Source: a bacterium
GTDB lineage: Bacteria > Patescibacteriota > Minisyncoccia > Phycocordibacterales > JAKAEA01
NCBI GenBank assembly: GCA_021818465.1
Contig: JAKAEA010000001.1
Coordinates: 41,972-105,971, forward strand
Length of the DNA: 64,000 nucleotides
Direction of reading: 5' to 3'
The position numbers and the translations under genes were made by a program. A model generated the notes under the pieces. That model worked only from the letters and a program-made list of their open reading frames with translations, had not been told where the DNA came from and made no database searches. This document shows positions 28,556 through 38,804 of the stretch, piece after piece; the stretch's first letter is position 1, and each line of letters opens with the position of its first letter.

Positions 28556-28671
28556 CTTTTTAAAATACAGGCCTGCTGTATCACACATAGCACATCTACC
28601 TTGTAACTATTTACGCAAGAGGTAAAATAATAGCATTAGTCGATATATTATTAGCCAATGAAAACAATTGA

Positions 28672-28851
28672 ATGAAATCCTCGCTTTTAACAATTGGGGT
28701 CATTTTGTTGGTAGTTGGTCTCATCGGTACTGCTGTTCGATTCCACGTTACCACAATGTTGGTGGTCGCCATTCTTGGTTTAATCGGCATCATCTGGGGC
28801 GCGCTCATCAAAAATAAAAATGGTGGTGGTACTATGCCCAATTCACAGTAA
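28672..28851 (+). CDS. unannotated small two-TM membrane protein (59 aa)
   Basis: Hydrophobic ORF followed by an aaacgccc/gggcgttt terminator hairpin at 28864..28890. Confidence 0.3.
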   Translation: MKSSLLTIGVILLVVGLIGTAVRFHVTTMLVVAILGLIGIIWGALIKNKNGGGTMPNSQ

Positions 28852-28935
28852 TTTCAGGAAACACATTTATAATAAAACGCCCTCATCGGGCGTTTTATTA
28901 TAAATATATATCATAGTGTGATATAGTGGCATCAT

Positions 28936-29577
28936 ATGAAAATAACGTGGTTTGGACAATCGTGTTTTTTACTTGAAACTCATACTATTTCTATAGTTAC
29001 CGATCCGTATGATTCCCAAATTGGATTGAAGTTACCGACCGATCTGCATGCCGATATAGTTACTGTCTCGCACCAACATATGGACCACAACAACACTGCC
29101 GCTGTAATCGGTGAACCAAAAATCATCTCCGACACTGGAACAATAACAATAAAAGAAGTTGTCTGTGAGGGTATTACCTCTTTCCACGACGATGAGCAAG
29201 GAAAAAAACGTGGTCAAAATATTATTTTTAAGTTTTCTTTGGAAGGAATTAATATCGCTCACTTGGGTGATTTAGGTCATATGCTTACCGACACTCAACT
29301 ATCCCTCCTTGGCCATGTTGATATCCTTTTAATTCCCGTTGGCGGCTCATATACGATAGATGGAGTAGTTGCTGCTGCTATTGTGCAACAACTGCAGCCC
29401 ACCATCACTATTCCGATGCATTACGGAATTACAGGATTGGGTTTTCCTCTTGAACCAGTTGAGTCTTTTACAAAAAACGTGTCACTGCCGGTACGTACAC
29501 AAAATACCTTAGAAATTACTAAAGATTCCTTGCCTAAAAAAGCCGAGATTGTTGTATTACAACCGGCAATTCAGTAA
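28936..29577 (+). CDS. MBL-fold metallo-hydrolase
   Basis: HQHMDH metal-binding motif. Confidence 0.75.
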   Translation: MKITWFGQSCFLLETHTISIVTDPYDSQIGLKLPTDLHADIVTVSHQHMDHNNTAAVIGEPKIISDTGTITIKEVVCEGITSFHDDEQGKKRGQNIIFKFSLEGINIAHLGDLGHMLTDTQLSLLGHVDILLIPVGGSYTIDGVVAAAIVQQLQPTITIPMHYGITGLGFPLEPVESFTKNVSLPVRTQNTLEITKDSLPKKAEIVVLQPAIQ

Positions 29578-29673
29578 TGCCACAATAATTTAATTCTTTA
29601 TTTCCTTTTTATAAAAAAGTTTTTTAGTCGATCGGCCACATAACCACTACCAGATCAACTATCCTGAGTATTT

Positions 29674-29937
29674 TTAGCGAGACTTTTTTACAAGCTTCGC
29701 GAGACGTGATTTTTTGCGTGCGGCGTTATTCTTTTTAATAAGGTCATTTTTGGCGGCCTTATCAATCGCTTTATACGCCTCACCCAAAAGTTTCACTGCC
29801 TCGGCGGTGTTTTTGTCAGTGACAAATTTCTTAACACGCTTAATAACGTCAAGCATCGCTTCTTTGCGATGGAGATTGACGACACGGCGGCGACGCGACA
29901 CGCGCAACGCTTTTTTGGCTGATGATGTGATTGCCAT
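29674..29937 (-). CDS. rpsT: 30S ribosomal protein S20
   Basis: Start MAITSSAKKALRVSRRR and a basic helical protein of the right size. Confidence 0.85.
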   Translation of the reverse strand: MAITSSAKKALRVSRRRRVVNLHRKEAMLDVIKRVKKFVTDKNTAEAVKLLGEAYKAIDKAAKNDLIKKNNAARKKSRLAKLVKKSR

Positions 29938-29997
29938 AATGCGCCCAGTATACCGAATACTGGCAAAAAAGCAATGTGCGTCGTATTATAAAGTGTC

Positions 29998-30579
29998 ATG
30001 ATAGCTCTCATTACTGGTAAAGTGGTTGATGGTGATGCTCGATCACTTACTGTTGATGTCGGCGGCGTTGGCTATAAAATATACACGACGGCTGGCATGT
30101 TAGAGCGCGAGCGCGGTACAAGTGCAACTTTTTGGACGTACCTTGTGGTACGCGATGACGCGCTCGACCTCTACGGCTTCAGCCAAAAAGTGGAGCGGAG
30201 CATGTTTGAAGCCCTACTCGGCGTGTCAGGTATTGGTCCTAAAACCGCGCTGGCTATTCTCAATGCCGCTAATCCGGCTACGATTAAAAAAGCGGTGACG
30301 AGCGATGATCCGGCATATCTACATAAAGTTTCCGGTATCAGTCGCAAACATGCTGAAAAAATAGTTTTGGATTTAAAAGATAAATTTGGAGGACTGGAAG
30401 ATGTGGGAGTACCGGAAGCATTAGAAACATCGGATGCTCTCGACGCTCTCACCGCTTTAGGTTACGCCGAGCGAGATGTCCGTGAAGCCCTGAAAAAAGT
30501 TCCGGCTAGCGTCAGCGATGTCACCCAACGTATTCGAGCAACCCTTGCAATATTAAGCAAGAATGTCGCTAAAAAATAA
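29998..30579 (+). CDS. ruvA: Holliday junction branch migration protein RuvA
   Basis: Start MIALITGKV, HhH motifs (GIGPKTAL) and domain III. Confidence 0.9.
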   Translation: MIALITGKVVDGDARSLTVDVGGVGYKIYTTAGMLERERGTSATFWTYLVVRDDALDLYGFSQKVERSMFEALLGVSGIGPKTALAILNAANPATIKKAVTSDDPAYLHKVSGISRKHAEKIVLDLKDKFGGLEDVGVPEALETSDALDALTALGYAERDVREALKKVPASVSDVTQRIRATLAILSKNVAKK

Positions 30580-30582
30580 CAT

Positions 30583-31875
30583 ATGGAAAAAATCTTACGA
30601 ACCATTAAACGATACATTCCACGCCGAGTATTTTTAACACTCGCTCCAACGTACCACTACCTACTCGCTTTAAGCGGCGCGGTATTCTATCGCTTCCCTT
30701 CCCGAGAACTTACGGTAGTTGCTATTACCGGCACGAAAGGAAAATCTAGCACCGCGGAAATTTTAAATGCTATTTTAGAAGCAGCCGGAAAAAAAACTGC
30801 TTTAGCAGGCACTATTCGATTTAAAATCGGCGACACAAGCAAACCTAATTTGTACAAGATGACCATGCCCGGACGTTTTTTTATACAACGTTTTTTGCGC
30901 CAAGCCGTTACAGCCGGTTGTAAAATAGCTATTGTAGAAATGACATCCGAAGCGGCGCGACAACACCGCCACCTTTTTATCGATTTTGACGCCCTTATTT
31001 TTCTCAATATTTCTCCCGAACATATTGAATCGCATGGTAGTTTTGAAAAATATCTCGCCGCAAAATTGAAATTGGCCACAGCATTAGAACACTCTTCTAA
31101 ACCACAAAAAATTCTAGTGACCAACGCCGACGATAAAGAAAGTGAAAAATTTGAACGCGCTGCACCAAGCGCCACAAACGTACACTTCGCCCTCGCCGAT
31201 GCCGAACCATACTCACTTGACCACTTTGGTTTCTATTTTACCCTTGATGGAAAAAATATTCGGTCACATTTGCAAGGCACCTTTAATATAAAAAATATTT
31301 TAGCGGCCGTGGCCTATGCACGAACACTCGGGGTAACAGTAGATCAAGTAGAACGAGGCCTTATGGCGCTTTCCGGTATCGCCGGCCGAGTGCAAAAAAT
31401 TAGTCTGCCCGAAAATCATCCGTTAGCAAAACGACAACTGTTTACCGTAGTTGTCGATTACGCTCACACCGCGGATTCTTTGGAAAAAGTATATGGGATT
31501 TTTAAGGATAGTCGAAAAATTTGCGTGTTGGGCAATACGGGCGGCGGACGTGATCGTTGGAAACGACCTGAAATGGCAAAAGTGGCTAACGATAATTGTT
31601 GGCGCATCATCCTCACCAACGAAGATCCCTATGATGAAAACCCGCGTGCCATTATTGATGAAATGCTACCAGGCATTATATCTACGCCACACGAAATTAT
31701 CATGGACCGTCGCCAAGCAATTCATAAAGCACTCTCAATAGCCCAACCCAACGACACTGTACTCATTACTGGCAAAGGTACCGATCCGTATATTATGGGT
31801 TCCCGTGGTAGTAAAATACCCTGGAGTGACGCGACAGTCGCTCGCGAAGAGTTAGAAAAGGTACTGAGTGTTTAA
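30583..31875 (+). CDS. murE: Mur ligase, UDP-N-acetylmuramoyl-L-alanyl-D-glutamate--2,6-diaminopimelate ligase-like
   Basis: ATP-binding motif AITGTKGKSST and a MurE-like DYAHTADSLEKV motif. Confidence 0.7.
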   Translation: MEKILRTIKRYIPRRVFLTLAPTYHYLLALSGAVFYRFPSRELTVVAITGTKGKSSTAEILNAILEAAGKKTALAGTIRFKIGDTSKPNLYKMTMPGRFFIQRFLRQAVTAGCKIAIVEMTSEAARQHRHLFIDFDALIFLNISPEHIESHGSFEKYLAAKLKLATALEHSSKPQKILVTNADDKESEKFERAAPSATNVHFALADAEPYSLDHFGFYFTLDGKNIRSHLQGTFNIKNILAAVAYARTLGVTVDQVERGLMALSGIAGRVQKISLPENHPLAKRQLFTVVVDYAHTADSLEKVYGIFKDSRKICVLGNTGGGRDRWKRPEMAKVANDNCWRIILTNEDPYDENPRAIIDEMLPGIISTPHEIIMDRRQAIHKALSIAQPNDTVLITGKGTDPYIMGSRGSKIPWSDATVAREELEKVLSV

Positions 31876-31880
31876 GATAC

Positions 31881-32798
31881 ATGCCGGAATTACCCGAAGT
31901 GGAAACAACGGTTGCCGGCCTTAATGCCGAGGTACGTGGCAAGCGTATTGTCGCCGTGTGGACCGATTATCGCAGTTCGTTTCATGCCACAAAAGAAAAC
32001 ATTAAAAATCCCTACTACTTCGCAAAATTTAAACAAGTTATCGTTGGGGCAAAAATTTTAGAAACGAAACGTCGAGGTAAAAATATCTTAATCAATCTCG
32101 ACAATGGCCATACCATACTCATCCACATGAAAATGACGGGGCATTTACTCATTGGACAATACACATTTAATCGCACCACAAACACCTGGTATCCGACCGT
32201 TGCACACGGGCCACTTACTGATCCGTTCAATAGATTCGTTCATCTGGTTTTTACACTTTCTAATACAAAACGACTCGCTTTTTCAGATCTACGAAAATTC
32301 GCGACAGTATATTTTTTTAAAACTAAAAACGCAAGCAACATAAACGATTTGAAACGTCTCGGTCCTGATCCGCTCACTAAAGAATTCACGTTTGCAAAAA
32401 TGCAGGAGCGACTACTGCGCCGAGCGAACGGAAAAATTAAACAGGTTTTAATGAACCAGGAAATTATCGCTGGTATCGGTAACATTTATTCCGATGAAAT
32501 GCTCTGGCGGGCTAGCATCCACCCTCTGTCTATGGTTAAAAAAATTCCTCCGAGAGCACTTCGAAAACTCTATGCAGCGATGCGCGAGGTATTGCGTAAA
32601 GGCATAGATTTCGGTGGTGACTCCGATTCAGACTACCGCAACATTCACGGCGAACGCGGAAACTTTCAGAGCAAACATAATGCGTATCGCCGCACGAGTA
32701 AACCATGTTCACGGCGCGGCTGTACCGGAACTATTCGCCGCATTGTTATCGGCGGTCGCAGCGCTCACTTTTGTGACCAACATCAAACGCACTACTAG
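31881..32798 (+). CDS. fpg: formamidopyrimidine-DNA glycosylase
   Basis: N-terminal MPELPEVE, H2TH domain and a C-terminal C4 zinc finger. Confidence 0.88.
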   Translation: MPELPEVETTVAGLNAEVRGKRIVAVWTDYRSSFHATKENIKNPYYFAKFKQVIVGAKILETKRRGKNILINLDNGHTILIHMKMTGHLLIGQYTFNRTTNTWYPTVAHGPLTDPFNRFVHLVFTLSNTKRLAFSDLRKFATVYFFKTKNASNINDLKRLGPDPLTKEFTFAKMQERLLRRANGKIKQVLMNQEIIAGIGNIYSDEMLWRASIHPLSMVKKIPPRALRKLYAAMREVLRKGIDFGGDSDSDYRNIHGERGNFQSKHNAYRRTSKPCSRRGCTGTIRRIVIGGRSAHFCDQHQTHY

Positions 32799-33277
32799 AT
32801 ATTCAAAATCCGAAACAGCGCCACACCAAGCGCAACAGACACATTAAGCGACTCTTTCGCACCACACATAGGAATTTCCGCAATAACATCGCAGTGACGC
32901 AATATCTTAGCAGGCAATCCATCTACTTCACTGCCAACAATAAAGAGCGTTGGTTGTTTCGAAACAAGTTTTACTTTCTTATAGTCAACTGACCGCGCGT
33001 CTTGTTCAAGTGCAATTACTCGGCCGCCATCCTTTTTAAACTGAGTGAGTAATTTTGTAGCACTGGCGTTTTTTTTCCAAGCCACCTGCTGTTCTGCGCC
33101 AAGTGCCGTTTTAGCGATTTCTTGCATCGGCCGGCCAAAGCGATCAATTGGTGCTGGCGTTGTGCCGCACAAAAAAATCTGTTCTACCCCAGCGGCATCG
33201 GCTGTACGAAACATCGCCCCAACATTATGAGCACTGCGAATATCGTGTAAGAGAAGAAAAATTTTCGGCTTTTTCAT
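32795..33277 (-). CDS. SpoU/TrmH-family RNA 2'-O-methyltransferase
   Basis: SpoU pattern HNVGAMFRTADAAG...IPMCG. Confidence 0.8.
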   Translation of the reverse strand: MKKPKIFLLLHDIRSAHNVGAMFRTADAAGVEQIFLCGTTPAPIDRFGRPMQEIAKTALGAEQQVAWKKNASATKLLTQFKKDGGRVIALEQDARSVDYKKVKLVSKQPTLFIVGSEVDGLPAKILRHCDVIAEIPMCGAKESLNVSVALGVALFRILNI

Positions 33278-33366
33278 CGTCCCATCCTACCCCGCCATAG
33301 ACTTTTTGCAATTTTCTGGTATATTTTTAAAACACCGCACACTCTTTTTCAGAGCAGCGGCCGACC

Positions 33367-33442
33367 CCGCCCATAGCTCAGTTGGTAGAGCACCTGCCTT
33401 TTAAGCAGAGGGTCGCAGGTTCGAATCCTGCTGGGCGGACCA
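33367..33442 (+). tRNA. tRNA-Lys(TTT) with encoded CCA
   Basis: Anticodon loop CTTTTAA and the canonical GCTCAGTTGGTAGAGC D-arm. Has a 3' CCA. Confidence 0.8.
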
Positions 33443-33461
33443 CATGTAGTTTCAACTTGTT

Positions 33462-34262
33462 TTATTTTTGCGAAGCGGACAGGTTCCACATATACTTGAA
33501 CCAACGACGGTAGCCTTCTGCCAAATCCTTACTACGCATAATAAAGAAGACTGGATTATCGCCCATTTTCCCTAACACCAAGCCGCTATACGTTATAACA
33601 TAATCACCAAATATTTGAATTCCTGAATTCAGCGCAGAATATCCTTCCGGTAAAAAACGAATATTCTGTTTGCCGCCAAAAGCCTTAAGTAGGTCGGGTT
33701 TAAACAAAACTTCATGATCATACAGTCCCCAAAACGTTATACCTTTTTTATTGGCTTCTTTAAAAAATGAAGTCCGAGCAACTGTCAGACGTTCGTCCTG
33801 CCACCCCCCTTTTGCACCAATAAAATAACTATCCTCACCGACCCGTAGCATGTCACGCCAAATATTTTTTTGCCCCTCCAAACCACGATACATATATATC
33901 TGATCGGATGCGGTACGGTGTTCAAATTTTGCCTTTAACTCCGGGAGCCATGTCGCAAGTTTTTCTTGTTTTTCCGCCAACAGTTCTTGTAATTTTTCTG
34001 GGTCAACTGCGTTGTACAAATTTTCGCCAGTAGACACTATTTGAAAACAGAGTCCTTTATCTACAAGACGACGAATAGCGTCATACGCGTTTCTACGGTG
34101 AATACCAGCGCCATTTGCAATATCGGACACAGATGATTCGCCGCTTTCTACCAAAGAAAGATACATCTTTGCTTCATTAGGACTTAAACCAAGACTTTCG
34201 AATATTTCGTTTTTCATACATTTATGTGGTGGTATTAAGCACCATATGGTGCTATTGGCCAC
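33462..34262 (-). CDS. TrmB-family transcriptional regulator
   Basis: N-terminal wHTH (LGLSPNEAKMYLSLVESGESSVSDIA) and a C-terminal sensor-like domain. Confidence 0.55.
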   Translation of the reverse strand: MANSTIWCLIPPHKCMKNEIFESLGLSPNEAKMYLSLVESGESSVSDIANGAGIHRRNAYDAIRRLVDKGLCFQIVSTGENLYNAVDPEKLQELLAEKQEKLATWLPELKAKFEHRTASDQIYMYRGLEGQKNIWRDMLRVGEDSYFIGAKGGWQDERLTVARTSFFKEANKKGITFWGLYDHEVLFKPDLLKAFGGKQNIRFLPEGYSALNSGIQIFGDYVITYSGLVLGKMGDNPVFFIMRSKDLAEGYRRWFKYMWNLSASQK

Positions 34263-34323
34263 TCAATTATAAAAGAATAGTCTTTCCAAAGTTCTTTGTC
34301 AAATTTTTTTAGAAAGGAAAGCT

Positions 34324-34914
34324 ATGTATAAATTATCTATGGGATATCTCTCGGTAGCCATCACCCTGACCGGCTACGTGCTGTACATCACTTCGATGTA
34401 TCGGAAAGCGAGTCCAGAGAAACAAATTAAGCCTCATCCCCTCTCTTGGTCGCTTTTTGGATTTCTTACAGCAACAGGTTGGCTTGCTCAGGAAATGAAA
34501 GGCGGACACGACGGTAGTTGGTGTCTCGGTATCACGAGCCTCTTTTGTTTTTTGATCGCCACTTTAAGCTTCAAGCGGTACTCGTGGCGATTTGAGAAAA
34601 AAGATTGGGTATTCGTCGTCGTGGGAATGGTCCTCTTCCTGTATTCTGTTTTCGTTCAAACACCGGCCATTTCAGCAACCCTTGCCACACTTGCTGACTT
34701 GGCCGGCTATGGACCAACTTTACGGAAAGGATGGCGACAACCGTATACAGACAATCCAGTCAACTTTACCTTTAATAGTGTAAAGTGTATTCCCGCGATC
34801 CTTGCACTGGCTTCCTATTCTTGGGCAACATGCGTGTATTTAGTAATGCTGATTGGCATGAACGGTTTCGTCGCAACAATGCTCATCGCTAGACGGTCGT
34901 ACAAGACCGTCTAG
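34324..34914 (+). CDS. hypothetical polytopic membrane protein
   Basis: Five or six predicted TM helices. Confidence 0.4.
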   Translation: MYKLSMGYLSVAITLTGYVLYITSMYRKASPEKQIKPHPLSWSLFGFLTATGWLAQEMKGGHDGSWCLGITSLFCFLIATLSFKRYSWRFEKKDWVFVVVGMVLFLYSVFVQTPAISATLATLADLAGYGPTLRKGWRQPYTDNPVNFTFNSVKCIPAILALASYSWATCVYLVMLIGMNGFVATMLIARRSYKTV

Positions 34915-35033
34915 AATCCTAAACCCCATTACGTTTGAAACGTAATGGGGTTTTTTTGAACACCTTGCTATTTTGTTCCAATAAAGTAATATGGCCACAG
35001 AAGTACTTTTGCATTAAAATAAGGAGATAAAAA

Positions 35034-36029
35034 ATGGAACCGAATGCTTTAAAAACAGGTACTATTACAACAACGGAGCGCTTATTTAACCCGACAACAC
35101 GATTGCCTACCGCACTCATCGATGTATCTCGTCTGTTTCCCTCTCTTCCTCCAAAAACCACAATCTTGGCAAAATTATCTGGTGGTAACATAAAATCTTT
35201 GCCTGTCTTCAATATGCTAGCCGAGGCACAGAAACGCGGCGAGTTAGAAGGCGTTGACACGCTTGTCGAAGCAACATCGGGCAACACAGGAGAACAACTC
35301 ACTATACTTGCTAAATTTTTTGGCATTAAAAATGTTGTTACTATTGTGCCTGAAGACATTGCTCCCGGAAAACTTCAAAGACTTCACATCGCTGGGGCAA
35401 AGATTAAGTATTCCAACGAAGGAGAGCGCGCTACTGATACCGCTCGCAGACTCGGAAAACGCCCCGGCTGGCTAAACTTAGATCAATACACCAATGCTGA
35501 CAACTGGGGGGCATTTGAAAAATTTTTTGCACCAGAAGTGTGGCAACAAACTAACGGTGGCCTAACCATTTTCTGTGCAACGCTAGGCACCACAGGCACA
35601 CTACTTGGATGTGAAAAATTCTTTAAAACTCTTGATCAAAAACCCTGTATTCTTGGAGCGACATGCGATACGCTTGATCAAGTGCCAGGAGCACGTAGCA
35701 CTAAACGACTAGCTGAAATTGGTTTTGATTGCAAAACAGCAACATTTCCGATTGAGCTTGATATCTCCGCACCTATATCATTTAGTATGAGTATGGTATT
35801 AAACCGCCACAATGTGCTGGCCGGTCCTACAAGCGGATTGGCATGTTATGCGCTTCTTCGTTTTATCTATCGAACACACCGTGAAAAGAAACTCGATCAG
35901 TATCGCAATAAAGAAGGAGACGTGGTAGCGGTGTTTGTATGTCCTGACACTCCTCTTCCATACTTAGACAAATACACTACTCACCTCCCAGGCTATAAAC
36001 CCGTAGAGGAAGTAACGAAGTTCTTGTAA
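35034..36029 (+). CDS. PLP-dependent cysteine synthase / tryptophan-synthase-beta superfamily enzyme
   Basis: PALP-fold motifs (EATSGNTGEQL and a Gly-rich loop). Confidence 0.6.
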   Translation: MEPNALKTGTITTTERLFNPTTRLPTALIDVSRLFPSLPPKTTILAKLSGGNIKSLPVFNMLAEAQKRGELEGVDTLVEATSGNTGEQLTILAKFFGIKNVVTIVPEDIAPGKLQRLHIAGAKIKYSNEGERATDTARRLGKRPGWLNLDQYTNADNWGAFEKFFAPEVWQQTNGGLTIFCATLGTTGTLLGCEKFFKTLDQKPCILGATCDTLDQVPGARSTKRLAEIGFDCKTATFPIELDISAPISFSMSMVLNRHNVLAGPTSGLACYALLRFIYRTHREKKLDQYRNKEGDVVAVFVCPDTPLPYLDKYTTHLPGYKPVEEVTKFL

Positions 36030-36043
36030 TAAAAAAATAATTT

Positions 36044-36082
36044 AGCGCGATGTTCTTAATGAAAACATCGCGCTTTTTCTTT
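36044..36082 (+). terminator. rho-independent terminator
   Basis: agcgcgatg...catcgcgct hairpin followed by a T-run. Confidence 0.6.
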
Positions 36083-36114
36083 ATACCTTTCTGAGAAAAA
36101 TGTTACTTTTTTAT

Positions 36115-36489
36115 CTAGAGGTCGCCCAGCGTGTGAGATTCAACGTTGGTGATACTATTTTTATCGTCAACAAAAATGACTTTAGCAACCAACTTCGGAA
36201 ATTCTTCTGGCGTCACGAATGCTTCGGCGAGAATAATGACCACATCACCAGGTTTGAAATGGTGTGCTGGTGGATGACCATTGAGACAAATTTCGCCGGT
36301 TTTGCCAGGAATAACGTACGTTTGCCAGGTATCACCGTTGCGGCCGTTATTGATAATAACCATTTGGTAAGGCTTGATACCGGAAGCATCTAAAAGATTT
36401 TGGCCGATAGTGATTGAGCCTTTGTAGTTAGGATTTGCCTCGGTCACAGTGACGTTATGAAGTTTTGCCATACAGACACGAATATTCAT
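36115..36489 (-). CDS. panD: aspartate 1-decarboxylase
   Basis: PanD pattern MxRxMxxAKLHxVTVTxAN, the self-cleavage G-S site (KGSITI) and NGHPPAH, GDVVII. Confidence 0.75.
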   Translation of the reverse strand: MNIRVCMAKLHNVTVTEANPNYKGSITIGQNLLDASGIKPYQMVIINNGRNGDTWQTYVIPGKTGEICLNGHPPAHHFKPGDVVIILAEAFVTPEEFPKLVAKVIFVDDKNSITNVESHTLGDL

Positions 36490-36501
36490 ATGTGGAATAT
36501 A

Positions 36502-37557
36502 TTACGCTACCTTGCGCACAATGCAAAACGGGGTCATCTCATCGCTTTGGCCGAGCGGATTGTCACGGAAAAGTTTGCCGACAAAATTTTCTGAAATAGC
36601 CTTTGTAGATTTCCCGAGCGAGAATGCGCCGCGATAGTTTGCGTCAAGAATAACGACGTCACAACCAAGTGAACGCTTAAAACGTCGCGCTTCAGCGGAA
36701 GGTTTGTTGGGAGCCAACTTGGCCGAATGAGCGTATTCCAAAATTAGAAATGACATCGGACAATCAATGGACTTGGCGCGCTTGCCACAAATTCTATAGA
36801 ACAAGCCACGAATACCAAACGGCCGCGTCAGAGCCGAGACGGCAGCAGCAAAAAGCACCCGCAGAATACCTGCCTCCTCAAGAAAGAGCTGCATGGCGAG
36901 CGCTGTGCCATGGCCGAAACCGTGGAAATCGCTGGAGCCATAGTAGTTACCAACTCGGCTACCCAGAAAACGCGCAAGCGCCGTCGGTTTTATATCACTC
37001 ATGCTAACCACTCGGCCTTGCGTAATGGTCAGTGCTTTTTCGCTAATATACACCGTATCACCTGGTTGCAGATACGGCTTCACATATTCTTCTAAAATTG
37101 GCAAGAGATCGGTGTCTTGTGTGGTAATGGTACGCGTGCGCACCGGCAAACGCTGATACTGTTCACCATCCACATCAATTTCAATTTTTTTTCCTGGATT
37201 AGCGATAAATTCGCCTGAAGGTGCACGGGCAATAGTCGGGGGCAACACATCGTCGAGCGATACGTGTTCGCCACGATAGATCGCCAGTAATTTTTCCGCG
37301 GCACGCTGGATAGTGGCACGATCCTGTTTAAACGCCACTCGCGAGCGCAACAACTCTGTCACTTCCATGTATAGAATGTGCGCCTCATCAATGCGCAACT
37401 GAGAAAAAGAAGTTTCCGCAACGAGCGCACCGCTCTCATTCAAGACCTGTACGGCCACCTCGTCATTTTCATGCACCACATACTTGATGACCAACCCTGT
37501 CTTACCCTTCATTTCTTCATAGACTTGCGGCCGCTCTTTAGTTTGCGATTTCGACAT
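36502..37557 (-). CDS. CofE/FbiB-like gamma-glutamyl ligase family protein
   Basis: GDTVYISEKALTITQGR matches the F420-0:gamma-glutamyl ligase family core. Confidence 0.45.
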   Translation of the reverse strand: MSKSQTKERPQVYEEMKGKTGLVIKYVVHENDEVAVQVLNESGALVAETSFSQLRIDEAHILYMEVTELLRSRVAFKQDRATIQRAAEKLLAIYRGEHVSLDDVLPPTIARAPSGEFIANPGKKIEIDVDGEQYQRLPVRTRTITTQDTDLLPILEEYVKPYLQPGDTVYISEKALTITQGRVVSMSDIKPTALARFLGSRVGNYYGSSDFHGFGHGTALAMQLFLEEAGILRVLFAAAVSALTRPFGIRGLFYRICGKRAKSIDCPMSFLILEYAHSAKLAPNKPSAEARRFKRSLGCDVVILDANYRGAFSLGKSTKAISENFVGKLFRDNPLGQSDEMTPFCIVRKVA

Positions 37558-37625
37558 GTGATTTTATTTTTAGTTCGTTAGTTTACTTTAGCAGAAAAAC
37601 ACCTATAATCAAAACGCATTCAGCC

Positions 37626-37697
37626 GCCCTCATAGCTCAATGGATAGAGTACAGGCCTCCGAAGCTTGGGATGCGGGTTCGATTCCTGCTGGGGGCA
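37626..37697 (+). tRNA. tRNA-Arg(CCG)
   Basis: GCCCTCA acceptor, anticodon loop CTCCGAA. Confidence 0.75.
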
Positions 37698-37780
37698 CAA
37701 CTACTTATTCTGTACTAAAGCAACTAATCCTTGTTACTTTTTTTATAGATTATAGTTTTTTACAAAAAACCACTGTTTCT

Positions 37781-37996
37781 TCAACAGCGGTTTGGAGGTG
37801 GAAGTTCAGAAAACTCTCTTTGACAAGCACTGCATCTGAGCACATGTAACCTAACAAAACGCCTATTGAGCGATAATGTCAGCGAACACATAACGAGACG
37901 TAGTATATTGCTTTTCTTTTTCGCAATATTAGTAATTCTCAAAATTGTTCCTCTTCCACATTGAGGACATGGGATTCTTGTGTCATATTGACTCAT
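37781..37996 (-). CDS. small zinc-ribbon protein (71 aa)
   Basis: AAGGAG Shine-Dalgarno 8 nt upstream, CPQC...CSAC motifs, and a terminator hairpin overlapping the stop. Confidence 0.4.
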   Translation of the reverse strand: MSQYDTRIPCPQCGRGTILRITNIAKKKSNILRLVMCSLTLSLNRRFVRLHVLRCSACQREFSELPPPNRC

Positions 37997-38087
37997 ACAA
38001 AGACTCCTTCTTGTATAAAACGAAATTACACTCTCGCAGAACTATAAACTACTAAAAGATAAATGCAAGATATTATGGTGGCATGAT

Positions 38088-38804
38088 CTAGAGTTCTAAA
38101 ATCATTTTTTCCAAAAGTAGACCGAGATCACCGAGACCACGGTGGGCATCGTGATAAATAGTAAGCATTTGCCGCGAGAGCGTTTGAAGCTCAGTGGCAG
38201 AAAAGTTTCGAGAAAAATTTTTGGCTTTAGTGTACACAAAAGGTTTGAGATTGGCTTCGGTGGAAGACGTACTCGTGGCAGCAAGTATCATTGTTTTAAT
38301 TTGCCAAAACAAAAGACCGTGTAGTTCTTCGGGCACCGCACCATGGGCGAGCTCTTTGGCGTACAGAGCCCACAGTGTTTTTTTATCGCGACTGCCGAGC
38401 GCGTCGGCAAGTGCAAAAGACGGCATGTTTTTTGGGGAACTTTTATCAAGGCGTTCGTGTTCTTCAATTTTCTCGGCATATTTCTCAAACATTTTTAATT
38501 CTGGTTTAAGAATTTTCCCCTCCAAAATAATAAAAATGTTCTGCGAAAGAGCGAGAGCTTCTAGGTTATGTACGACAAGCTCCTTATACTGCGCGTTAGT
38601 AAAAAGTGTATCCAGTACGATAATGCGGCGCGCCACAAAAAGACCTTGGCCGCTGATAAGTTCTTCAAGTTGAACCGCTTGAAAATTATCAACACTGTAA
38701 CGACTAAACGAGACATCGGGTTTTTTAGCAATAAGAGAATCTGCGAGCTGTCGAGCTTTTGTTCTCGCTTTCAGAGTGTCCGAACCATAGATAAGATATA
38801 TCAT
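38088..38804 (-). CDS. holA: DNA polymerase III delta subunit-like (HolA)
   Basis: N-terminal IYLIYGSD and a C-terminal delta-like helical domain. Stop overlaps the polA start region. Confidence 0.5.
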   Translation of the reverse strand: MIYLIYGSDTLKARTKARQLADSLIAKKPDVSFSRYSVDNFQAVQLEELISGQGLFVARRIIVLDTLFTNAQYKELVVHNLEALALSQNIFIILEGKILKPELKMFEKYAEKIEEHERLDKSSPKNMPSFALADALGSRDKKTLWALYAKELAHGAVPEELHGLLFWQIKTMILAATSTSSTEANLKPFVYTKAKNFSRNFSATELQTLSRQMLTIYHDAHRGLGDLGLLLEKMILEL

